Origin: Botryllus schlosseri
Taxonomy: Eukaryota
Direction: 5' to 3'
Assembly (NCBI GenBank): GCA_051294905.1
Contig: CM119378.1
Span: forward strand, 434,001 to 498,000
DNA: 64,000 nt
Of the stretch, positions 23,496 to 34,714 are shown one piece after another. Within the stretch, counting starts at the first letter, position 1. Each line of letters begins with the position of its first letter. Below the pieces are notes generated by a model. It was not told the DNA's origin, did no database searches, and worked only from the letters and a program-made list of their open reading frames with translations. The translations under genes were made by a program, and so were the position numbers.

Positions 23496-25465
23496 GACTC
23501 TACGATTGTTCGAACAATGCCGATATTTCAGACTTGGAGGACGGATTCTAGGTGGATCAGTGCCTGATCATTATTTTAATTTATATTTTCGGAATCGGCG
23601 CAACAGTAGCTTTCGATCAAGACCAGATTCAATAATTTCTGCGCTCGGGATTTTGGATTGCCAGAAATCGTACAGTCGCTTACGCAAAACAATTCCCCAC
23701 TCCAGCCTCGGCGAAGCGGAACGAAGCTGCAAAATCGGTCGTTGCCGTTCCATGTTTAACTTCTATAATATGACGGTTTGATTTAAGCTCGTCATATCCT
23801 GTTCGCAAACGCCGTAGTTAGTATTGGTTGAAAGAGCGGATTACGTAACGGCGATGCGTAATGGGGAACGTGTCTTCTACGCTGTAAAATTTAGACCGTA
23901 AATCCATACAGTGTACCCACAACTACGTCTCGACAGACAGCTCTGGAGCATAGAGTGTAAAAAACCGTCTCATCCACTCACAACTTTCGGAACAGCAATA
24001 TAGAGTGGCCGCAACATCCAATACTCAAACTATTTTGCAAATTACGGATCACCATTTAACTAACCTTGGAGATCACTCCTCCATTTGTGAGAAGGTGGTA
24101 CACAGGGTTGGAGAACGCCAAAGGTCTAGCTTTTTTCAGACTCCAATCGGCTATGCCCGGAATGCTGTCCATACTTTCTCGGTGCAATGATCCACTTTCT
24201 CTGAAAATGACAACCGAGTTCACGAGACTTTTTGCATACGCACCGAAAGCAAGTTAAAATCACCGATTGATTCCTACTCAAGCTATACTGAACACAGAAT
24301 GATCAATGGTGATGTTCATCACCAACAACACACGTCATTCTCAGTCTTATGGCCAGTCCACGATGTAGTTTTAACGCCTCACTGTCAACAGATTCATAGG
24401 CTCACGTATAAACAGGCGAGTATTCTTGTACCAATCTTACGTTCTCTTCAGACCAGGAAATGACAGATTATGATATCACAGCGCAATTTCAAAGATAAAT
24501 TGTTACTCATTATTTGTGAGACAGGCCTGACTGGCAGGAGACAGAATTGATTCCATCGTTGGAGCCTAGGATGGGAACAGACTGTATAAATCACAGTAGA
24601 AGAAGACGCAAGCATTCAGGACAACAGTGACCGTGTTTTCATTCGTAGATGTCGTACAAGCATATATTCACAGGTTAGCAGTTGCAAGCACCAAGTCATA
24701 ATTCTCTCACTTCAAGACGAAAGTGGTAGCAGGTAAATCATCAGCAAAATCATATTCGGACTCTCCCCACTCTGTGGCTAGATCCTCCAGTGTGGCTCCG
24801 ATTTCGCTGCCGAAGTCATCCAAAAACTGAAACGCAACATCGAGAGATGAGTGGACCATGATACAATTCTGATTCAACCACTTTGATCACCTTCGAATAA
24901 GCTCCGGTGGCCTCCATTGCCAGGCGAGCTTCAGGTAAGTCAACAAAAACACCTTGCAGGCTTCAAAGAATTAAGGGCCATCGCATTCGCAAAGATATTC
25001 TGTTAATTCTGCGCTAATACTTTACAATGTTAAAACCAAACACACGTTAAATGATTCCGGACAGGCACACGAGTGGTTGTGTTGTAACGTCAATTACAAG
25101 TGGTGGAATGCGTGGCAATTGGTACGAAGTTCATATCATTGAGTATATGGGGGGATATTGATTGGAAATTCCCAATAAGTCGAATTTAGTACGCGGGAAA
25201 ATCATACAAACATAATAGTAATCACTCGATGTCGAATGAACCAACGTCGCGTGCAGACGGGTCAAATGTGGTCGTGGGTTCCCATTCCTATCCATTGATT
25301 TAGTCCAGTCGTTCTTAACCTTTTCTTCGCCACTCGCCAGTGCCCCCTTTCAAAAGTGGCCTGAGTCTGGCGTCCCCTATTTTAAGGACTGTAGTAAAAA
25401 ATGGGTAAGTGGTCGAAGTCCGCTTTCGGGCTGGGACTTAACTATTAGACCACGTGACTCGTGAC

Positions 25466-26406
25466 CAGGGCCGTAACTGTCGCACCCCAAACCCCCCAAT
25501 TGAGGGGGGGCCCGAGCTCGAAAGGGGCCCAAAATTATTTCATGAATTAGCATAAATTATAGAGTATTTTTTGAAAATTTATGCAACTTTTTCAAAAATT
25601 TTTCGCGCTGCGCGCGATTTCAAGTTGCCATATTTCTTTATTATTGGGTACTTTTCCCCCAAGAAAAAATACGCAACATTTATAGAAATGGGCATATAAG
25701 CGTTGGCCATTACCGCGCCACGACGAACCAAGACCTATAGTATATTTACGGGCTCTACAGTTTCGAAGACACCTCACTAAGCTATACCGGTAAATATGAG
25801 TAGAGAGGACAAGAAATTTATAGCAATATATATGCAATTCCCGATCTTATTGACCGATTTATCATGAATTATCGAAAATTTTCGCGCATGGCGCTGGCTC
25901 ACGAAACGGTACCACTATAACTTCGTGGTAAAAGTGAACAACGTGATGGGGGACGGTTTATCACCTAATGGAAGCCCATGACTCAAGTTTTTTTGGGGGC
26001 CTGACGAAGTGCTGTTTCGTTCCTGTCAACGGGTATACTCCCGGAGATGTTTAACTATTATTGAGGGTTCCTACCTTTTCAAACACACCTCACTCAGCTC
26101 TACCGGTAAATCAGATTACGTGAGCAGAGAGAGGGTAAAAATTAATAGCAATATATATGCAATTCCCGATCATATTGAACGATTCAGTCATGAATTATAG
26201 AAATTTCTTCGCGCTTCGCGCGATCAGCCGAGTAAAGCTGACACACCAAACGGACACCCAATGTAGGTGTCAGGTAGCGGTTAACAGCGTAGAGCCTGAG
26301 GGGGTCTGGGGGGAGAAGCCCCCCAGAAGTTAGGTTTATCACCCTGTGGGGGGCCAAGACCAACGTTATGGGGGGGGGGGGCTGACGAAGTGCTGTTACG
26401 GCCCTG
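25466..26406 (+). mobile_element. CAGGGCCGTAAC-family element, best-preserved copy
   Basis: Perfect TIR cagggccgtaac / gttacggccctg; 8-bp TSD ctcgtgac. Confidence 0.92.
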
Positions 26407-27088
26407 CTCGTGACTACGTGACGGTATAATTGTATGTTTTATTTTCGGGATCATATCCAGGTTGTTATATCAATCATCGGGTGAGGCCTACGGACTCATA
26501 GCATTTGTTTCGGGATCGATGTAGCCTACACATCCCGAATTCTCCTCTGCGATTGGCAATACGGGGAAGTTAATTGTATTGGGTTATGTTTTATTGCTTT
26601 GTGTGACTACTAAATCAACTGAGAATGTGGTAAAGATTTGCTCACATTAAATTTAGTCCTGCACCAACCTCTAACTTTAACATGAATGGGGATAACAACA
26701 CTAATCATTATCATCCTTTATGATACGATGAGTAAATATTCTGACGATTTATTTTTGTAGCTGTCAACTACAAGTATATTTAGGTAATTATTTTGGCAAA
26801 AAAGCTTCAAAACATCTTTTATGTACAAAGGGCATCACTCTCAAAAGTTGTACAGTAGCCTACAGGACCTTTTCTATTTTGAAACGCAGTGCGCTGCAGA
26901 AAAAATACCTAGCTTAAAACATTTTGTGGAAAATAACCCGAGCTATCAGTATCATCATCATCATCATTGGTTTATTAGCAATTTGATCAGTTCAATACAC
27001 CACAAAAATGCGATACAATGAAAAGACAGGAAGATGTCGAAGCGACTTGAAGTAGTCTATGGCATCAGACACCCACCTTGGCCTAGGC

Positions 27089-28904
27089 CAGTGGTTCCCA
27101 ACCTTTTTCATCACGTGCCTCCCTTTGCTGAAATATAAACGAAAATTCCCCCCTTAGGAGAAATCTGTCCGATGATTAAAAAAGGTCATTTTTACCGCGC
27201 AAACACCTGTTGACTGAAGAATAAGACAGGCGGTACCGAAAGTTTGTTTCTAGAGGGCTGTAACAACACTTTGTAGACCTCCTTATTTCGTTACTCGTTG
27301 CTGTGCTACTCGACTGAGAGAAGAATTTGATTCATATTATTATTAATACTGCCAAATATGCTTGGGTGACTCCGGCCTAGAAGACTTCGGTCATATCGGG
27401 TCTCCCAGTCTATATACCATGTAGAATATAGTTAGGAAAATATAAAAATGTGTATTATTGGACGTGAATGCTTGTAGACATTGCCTATACTATATTCCAT
27501 GGTTGACGAATTCTCTATCTCTCTCTCTCCAAAAACAATTGTCTTGGTCAGAATCAAACAAATTCTGGAAGGCTTGACTCAACAGACCCCCACACTTCCA
27601 TTTGTGTTTTTGGATTACCATGCACCAATCGCTAATATAACTGCTGTGAAAAATCAGAATGCATAAATTTACTGGTCTCGCGATTTTTTTCTTAAGTTTG
27701 CGTATGCATTTGGCCAATAATATTGGTACTTTCAGATATAGCAGGGTTGAACAGACTCGAGTCCGACTCGAGTCACCATTTTCTGATGACTCGACTTGAC
27801 TCGAGTCATTTTCTCAAAATACGGAAACGACTCGACTCGAGACAATCTGTGTATTGACTCGACTTGGACTCGAGTCATTGTGCATTACTCGAACCAAGCC
27901 ATATGACTCGAGACTATAAGACGGCCAAGACCGACATTTCATTGTAATTTCGAAGAACAGTAAAGTGACCACCCTATTGGAATTTCGTCTATTGGTCCTG
28001 GTACTTGAAAATGCGACAATAAACTGCTCAAAGTGAGGAAAATTAGTATATCATAAATCCAAATCATTCAATATCACCAAACAGAGTTATAAAAAATGGG
28101 TTTAACAAGACTTCAACTGGAAACTGAGCAGTCAGCACAATGACTTGGACTCGGACTCGAGTCATAATACCATGACTCGGAATTGACCCTATGCTCGGTG
28201 ACTTGGACTCGGACTTGACTCCATGGGGAATTGAAAATGACTCGACTTGACTCGAGTCAAAACTGTGGAAGTGAGATTGACTTGTGACTCGGAGCCTCGT
28301 GACTTGGTTACAGCCCTGATATATACATACACGTAATCAGATTTCCTGCTGGAGTTCATTGAAATTTAGGACACCCATTACGTTTCGGCAACATTGCACC
28401 AAGTTTAACATGTCTTTTTGCGATCTGGTAGCTGTTCTCTAAAAATAAAGCAAGGCTAGCGATCTCTTTGACTTGAATCGATGACGTTGAAATATTTTGT
28501 CACTATCTGAAAATGTTGACTTGAAAATATAAGATAAATACTTTCACTAGAGGCCTTGTTGTGATAGATTCGGCACGACATTTGCTCGCTTATGATATAT
28601 TTTATTGAGAGGCCGTCGCTAGCCTACGAAATTGTCTTGCGAGCTGCAGCACATCTGAACTAGTTTTTGTAAAAAAAGGGGGAATTTGTATGTGAAAAAG
28701 AGATTTCAAATAGCATTTGAACATACTTTCGGCAAAAAAAAAACAGCCATAAGAAACATACGTTCGGATATAATTGGTTGACTACATGACAGTTCGGACA
28801 TGAACAATTTGGAATAATCCATTACAATTCTTAAGTGGAATTCCTCCCTAAAAATTGCAAAATTCCCCCCAAGGGGGGAATTCCTCCCCGGTTGGGAACC
28901 CCTG
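27089..28904. mobile_element. hAT MITE
   Basis: cagtggttcccaacc / ggttgggaacccctg; TSD gcctaggc. Confidence 0.9.
27742..28318. mobile_element. MITE with GACTCG/GACTTG subterminal repeats
   Basis: cagggttg / cagccctg; shorter relative at 41173-41330. Confidence 0.8.
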
Positions 28905-31873
28905 GCCTAGGCGATGTAAAGAGGAGGCATGCACACTGAATGAAAGTAAAGTATAAGTATCAGTTTATTAATATTTTCATCATTTCAAAACAGCACAAAA
29001 CTGCGATACAATGAAAAGATAGGAAGGTGCCGAAACCACTTGGAGTAGCTAGCGTGACGGGAGTATTACAACGGGGAATTGGCAATCCAAAAGTAAGCCA
29101 AATTCATTTTACATGAGTTTGAATGAAATTCGCGAGGCGTAGGCTACATATGACCCGTAAATCGACATTTTGACTTTCAAATACCTCGTTATAGCGATAA
29201 AACACCACAGGTAACTATGATTTGCGGCCTCTATACATGTAGGCGTGTTTATGTTGTTAAGTGATTAGTTGGACCAACTATTTTGCTTGATTTGGCTATG
29301 GTACCATAGGCCCCCACCCTATAAATATTGAAATTGAATTGAAAATAGTCCACTCGAGGACGGAATTGAATTTAAAAATATGTAGCATTATATACCCTGA
29401 TACAAGCCCTGCACTTCACAATAAAAATTATGGCTGGTTTGTTAGTGTGGAAGGTGATACAGAAAAACGTATACGTCGATCCAAATTTATTTTACACCCC
29501 CCAAAACATAAATCATCTGTCACAGACCCCATAACTCACGCAGGTCGAAGTTTATTTTGCATGTGAGGAAAGATTCTGCCAGCATGCAATTGTAGACAAA
29601 TTCGCGTACTGTAATGCGGGATTATCACAGAGAATGAGAATGTCTCAAGTATTTTCAGCCCCATTGTCTCATCGGTACCACATCTCCCCTACGCTTCTTA
29701 TACACTGCATAAACCACTGCATTCGTGGAAAAAAGGTCGGTGGATATTTCGAGATAAGCGCAACGAAAATCGTTGAGATTTGATAGATTTTGTCGAATGT
29801 TAGTTTGCAATGAGAACTCAGGGATATATAGAACTATTGTTCTACTATGTCCTTAGTATACCATCTATTGCAAGGCCATTTTTCTTCAGCCCCCCTGAGC
29901 CAAGCGCCCACAATTTCGCCCCTTAAAAGTCAAAATCGCCCCCTGGGGGCGCTGAAGACAAGGTTTAGAACCACTGATTTAGTCTATATGGTCGCAAGCA
30001 ATGTCAGTCGGCAATCAGTGGCCGAAAAGAGATGTATTGGCTGTTGTTGATTAGACAAACATCAGGTGCTTATCTCCTGTTGGGCTTTTGTACCAAGATT
30101 GCGTACAAAGAATTAATGCACCACGGTCAGATGGAGTACACAAATGAGATAACAATTAAATAATATATTCGTATAGAAATAAACTCGCATATTTTCGGCT
30201 GACACTCCGTCATAACTCATCAGCAACTGGTAGAGTAATGACTTTGAGTAAAAATGACTTTGTGTATGTCGATATGAATGTAATATTCAATTCTATACTG
30301 AAGTTGTGTGTTTCCAAGAGTCTCTTCAAAAATGAGATCGCAGGAAATATAATTCCGGCACCATACAAGAAAATGCAATCAATGCAACCGACTGCTATCT
30401 AGATGTGTGCAACTTCGAAAATGAACGAATATGGGTGTTTTTTTTGTGGCACCACAAAGCACATGTCACGCAAGATCAAACCCTTGAAATGTAACCCTAT
30501 TCCCAACCCAAAAGCTAACGTAACCACACCCCTAAACATAGCAACAGCTCACCTCTTCCTAATCGATGTTTCAGTAACATTGCACTCGAGCTGAGATTCT
30601 CCCCAATACCCATACTCAAAGAGTGACAAAAATAGTCATCGTTTGAACTCAAGTAACATTAAAAGTAATGCTCTAAATTTCAAGGAAGTTACAAAGTAAG
30701 TATTTTTGGCTAAAAACTGAAAAGTGTTAGGTATAGAAGTCTAAAGATAGTCTAAAATCATAACCAATTGAGTATAACTACTACAAGTAAGGAAAACCTA
30801 CTTTTTAACTTCGAAAGTGAAGAAGTACTTCGTTACTGACTAGCTCTTCTATATATGTCATAATAATCACGTTTACATTTAATTACTGTGTATTGAAAGT
30901 ACCGTATTAGTATTAGAGTCAATCAATCAGTTTTAATAATATTTTCACCATTTCAAAACACCACAAAACTACGATCCAATGAAAAGATATTAAAGGAAAA
31001 ATCGTTACAAGCACAAGTTGCAAAATATTTGTAGAGGAAAGGATAGAGCCTACTTGAAATGATCTCTAATTCTACCTACAACAATGAAAATAATCGTCTC
31101 ACGGAAAGTAAACGCATGCCTATTATACAGCAAGATCAACTGATGTGATGAATTCGCTACTATACAAAAGCAATTTGCTGTAATATGTCTTTTGGTACAC
31201 AGCTATACCAGTGGAGCCTCAATATTGTGAACATGTACAATGTACATTGTAGATACTTTATAAAGACTACCAATAACGTCACTCCTTATGCTATCATAGT
31301 AGTATATATCATCCATACGTATTGGTAGTGAGTGTGATATAACATAGACTGAGCACTTACTACCCTGCGTTTTATGTAACCTGCATTGCGACCGCTGATA
31401 TTTTTATTGGCACTCGTTGTACCAGCGGAAACTTCTATATATTTGCGTCAATCCTCCAACTGTCCGTACCGTACTTGATGTGCGAGTCACTATATTGCTG
31501 CTAAACGGGAAATGATTCGTTCGTTCGATGAGAGTCCGCGTTAATAGACCGACTTCCTAATACGTGATCAGCATATTTCCTCGACCAAGCATGCCGCATC
31601 TGGCGCGTGGATATGCAAAGAAATATTGGCGATGAGTTTGCGAATTGATTGATCAGGCTTGTGGTCAAGTTGAACAACATGCGATCACCATATTTTTTGC
31701 TTTCAAAGATTTAGATCAACACATACGGATGCCGGAATCATATATTTATTGATTGTGCGTGCAATGTGCATATGTCAATTGCAGCGAGCCATCTTATTGT
31801 CAAGGCCGCGAGTGAAATATCTGACTGTGGATATATCTTCGATATGCTCGTGAATGTAAGACCAGGGATATCT

Positions 31874-33234
31874 CATCATTCATCATCATTGGTTTATTAG
31901 CAATTTTATCAGTTCAATACACCACAAAAAATGCGATACAATGAATAGACGGGAAGATGTCGAAGCGACTTGGATTTGTCAATGGAATCGGACACCCACC
32001 TTGGCCTAGGCGTAGTAAAGAGGAGGCATGCACACTGAATGAAAGTAAAGAATACAGTATAGAAAAAGAAAGCGACAAGAAATAGGGCGGCATGTCATTG
32101 GAAGCGAGATCGATAGGTCAGTCGTGGTCCGGTAATCTTGAGGATGGACTGTATTTATTTAGTAGTAATTGCTTGTATTTCGACTTGAATGTGGACATGC
32201 TCGTCGACTGTCGGATGGCCGGCGGGATACTGTTCCACACATCAGGTCCGGCATATTTGATGGAGCGATGATCTTTTCGGTCGATCATATGATATTTGGA
32301 CGACGTGGACGCGCGTGTGTTGTACTTGTGCGCTTTTGATTCAGAGGTAAAGAAGTCATTGAAATATTCGGGGCAACGACCGCAGTGAAACTGATACATA
32401 AACTTGGCGATTTCTAGTTTCCGCATATCTTCTATGTTTAGGACGCCGAATCTCTTCAGCAGCGACTTATTGGATGGGCAGCCAGGCCCCTTTGGGGCCC
32501 TAGCTATGATTCGGAGCACTTTATGCTGTAGTTTCTGCAGTGGCTTGAGTGCAGTTTTACTGGCAGCCCCCCAACAGAGGATGCCATAATGTAACTTCGA
32601 TTGGATTAAGGATTTAAAGAGTATCAGGAGAACCCATGCTGGCATGAAGCGCCCAAGGCTGTAGAACAGGCCGCACTTCGGTGATAATTTAGTTTCTAGG
32701 GATTGAATATGACTCTTCCAGGACATGTTCGAGTCCAGTAAAACTCCGAGATATTTGGCATTATCTGTGTTGGAAACGGGCTGACCAGCGATATTAACGG
32801 TTAGGTTATTTTTTGAATTGACTGTCAGCAATTGCGATTTCGAGGCGTTTATGCAAAGGTTGTTCTGGGCCGTCCACTCATGGACTTTGGGCATTTGGTC
32901 ACCAGTCAGGGCATCCAGCTCTGCCGTCGAAGATGCGGAAGAGAGGAGGTGAGTATCATCAGCGAACAGTGTGGTGTTCAATGAGGAGGTTTCAAAAATG
33001 TCGTTGACATATAAGGTGAAAAGGACCGGTCCAAGTACTGAGCCCTGGGGCACACCACAGGTCACCGGGTGAGGAGAGGACAAGGTGTCTGAGATCGCAA
33101 CCATTTGTTGGCGTCCAGTGAGGTAACTTTTCATGAGCTCAAGTTGTGGGCCCCGAAGTCCGTAACGCGCCAATTTCGAGATGAGAATTTTATGATCTAC
33201 GCAGTCAAACGCTTTTTTTAGGACTAGGAAGTAG
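31874..33234 (-). mobile_element. 5'-truncated CR1/L2-like LINE with (ATG)n tail
   Basis: RT ORF, 3' UTR, AATAAA then atg repeats. Confidence 0.92.
32118..33230 (-). pseudogene. LINE ORF2 reverse transcriptase, C-terminal part, uninterrupted but 5'-truncated
   Basis: KKAFDCVDH, GVPQGSVLGPVLF, LFADDT, KYLGV, WNSIP motifs. Confidence 0.9.
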
Positions 33235-33461
33235 TTGCAGATACCCCGACACGGACCACATGACTAACACAACCTCCAGTTTCCTGGAGTTCGCAGTCGA
33301 GTTTTTATGCCTCATCATTTTATGACACGTCTATACTTGATGCTTTAGTTTTAGCCATACTGAGTTATATAAGCACAATGGTGTGTTCTGTCGGGATTTA
33401 GAGCTATGTGGTTAAAACTGGGTAACAAGTTATTCAAATCCAGTGTTTTACTATCGAAAGT

Positions 33462-34061
33462 ATCCAATAAGTCGCTGCTGAAGAGATTCGGCGTCCTAAA
33501 CATAGAAGGTATGCGGAAACTAGAAATCGCCAAGTTTATGTATCAGTTTCACTGCGGTCGTTGCCCCGAATATTTCAATGACTTCTTTACCTCGGAATCA
33601 AAAGCGCACAAGTACAACACACGCGCGTCCACGTCGTCCAAATATCACATGATCGACCGAAAAGATCATCGCTCCATCAAATATGCCGGACCTGATGTGT
33701 GGAACAGTATCCCGCCGGCCATCCGACATTCGACGAGCATGTCCACATTCAAGTCGAAATACAAGCAATTACTTCTAAATAAATACAGTCCATCCTAAAG
33801 ATTACCGGACAACGACTGACCTGTCGATCTCGCTTCCCATGACATGCCGCCCTATTTCTTGTCGCTTTCTTTTTCTATACTATCTTCTTTACTTTCATTC
33901 AGTGTGCATGCCTCCTCTTTACATCGCCTAGGCCAAGGTGGGTGTCAGATTCCATAGACAACCTAGTCGCTTCGACATCTTCCTTTCTTTCATTGTATCG
34001 CATTTTTGTGGTGTATTGAACTGATAGAATTGCTAATAAACCAATGATGATGATGATGATG
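33462..34061 (+). mobile_element. Second 5'-truncated copy of the same LINE, opposite orientation
   Basis: Near-identical reverse complement of 31874-32475; aataaaccaa(tga)n tail. Confidence 0.92.
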
Positions 34062-34614
34062 GAATGGCAACCAGTGCTGAATGATGGCAACGACCGATTT
34101 TACAGCTTCGTTCCGTTTCGATGAGGCTGAATTCGGCAGCGACTGTCGGATTTCTGGCAATCCAAAAGTTATCTTCAGGAGCGCAGAATCTACTGAATCT
34201 GGTCTTGATAGAAAGTCACTATCGCACCGATTCCGAAAATATAAATTAAAGTATCTTAATAGCTCAGTGGGTAAAAGTCGGCGATTAGCGGGTTTAATAT
34301 TTTCGAAATCCAAATCCATAGTAAGTTCTAAGTGCTAATAAGTCTCACAAGTTTTTCTAAGTCTACGCTATTCTCTCCAAAAAGTCTGTCAAATCCTGCT
34401 TATGAACCAGATTGCTCGTGAACCAACTTGTTCGTGTTTAAATAACCTAGTGGTGATGACTGCCACAGATTTCGTTAATTCTGGCAAGAGCTTTTCCAAA
34501 TTACGCCTAACAGACCGTAAACAAACAAACGGATTGGCGTTTGGTTTGAAAGAAGCTCAATACGTTTGAACGGGACATTTTTAAACTGACATACAGCCAT
34601 ACTTTACGGAAGAA

Positions 34615-34714
34615 ATGGAGAACGTGGAGTTCACTGACGACGAGATCCGTGAGCAGCTGGCTAATTTAGGATATTTCGACGTGTCTCAAGGCAGACTGGA
34701 ACAGTTCCGAAAAG
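34615..34714 (+). CDS. HYLS1: HYLS1 exon 1
   Basis: MENVEFTDDEIREQLANLGYFDVSQGRLEQFRK|gtatcg. Confidence 0.9.

Larger units (their letters stand above)
22850..23767. mobile_element. Foldback MITE with about 270-bp TIRs
   Basis: Arms 22850-23120 and 23503-23767 are inverted copies; 7-bp TSD atatgac; a further single arm at about 34085-34260. Confidence 0.85.
26951..28951 (-). mobile_element. LINE 3' UTR fragment with (ATG)n tail, split by MITE 27089-28904
   Basis: Matches 31874-32050 on both sides of the MITE. Confidence 0.8.
25306..29976. mobile_element. hAT non-autonomous element expanded by nested insertions
   Basis: cagtcgttct / agaaccactg; 8-bp TSD atttagtc. Confidence 0.75.

Noticed and set aside
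22764..23781. Similar small ORFs (YFNLYFRNR) at 22858, 23506 and 33990 as a gene family
   Set aside because: Arise from the inverted arms of one MITE family, with frameshifts between copies
26940..26975. Poly-His coding stretch (also 34040-34060)
   Set aside because: It is the (CAT)n LINE tail
30926..31870. Further decayed LINE RT on the minus strand
   Set aside because: A tail-like match at 30926 is visible, but the coding remnants are too degraded to support a call
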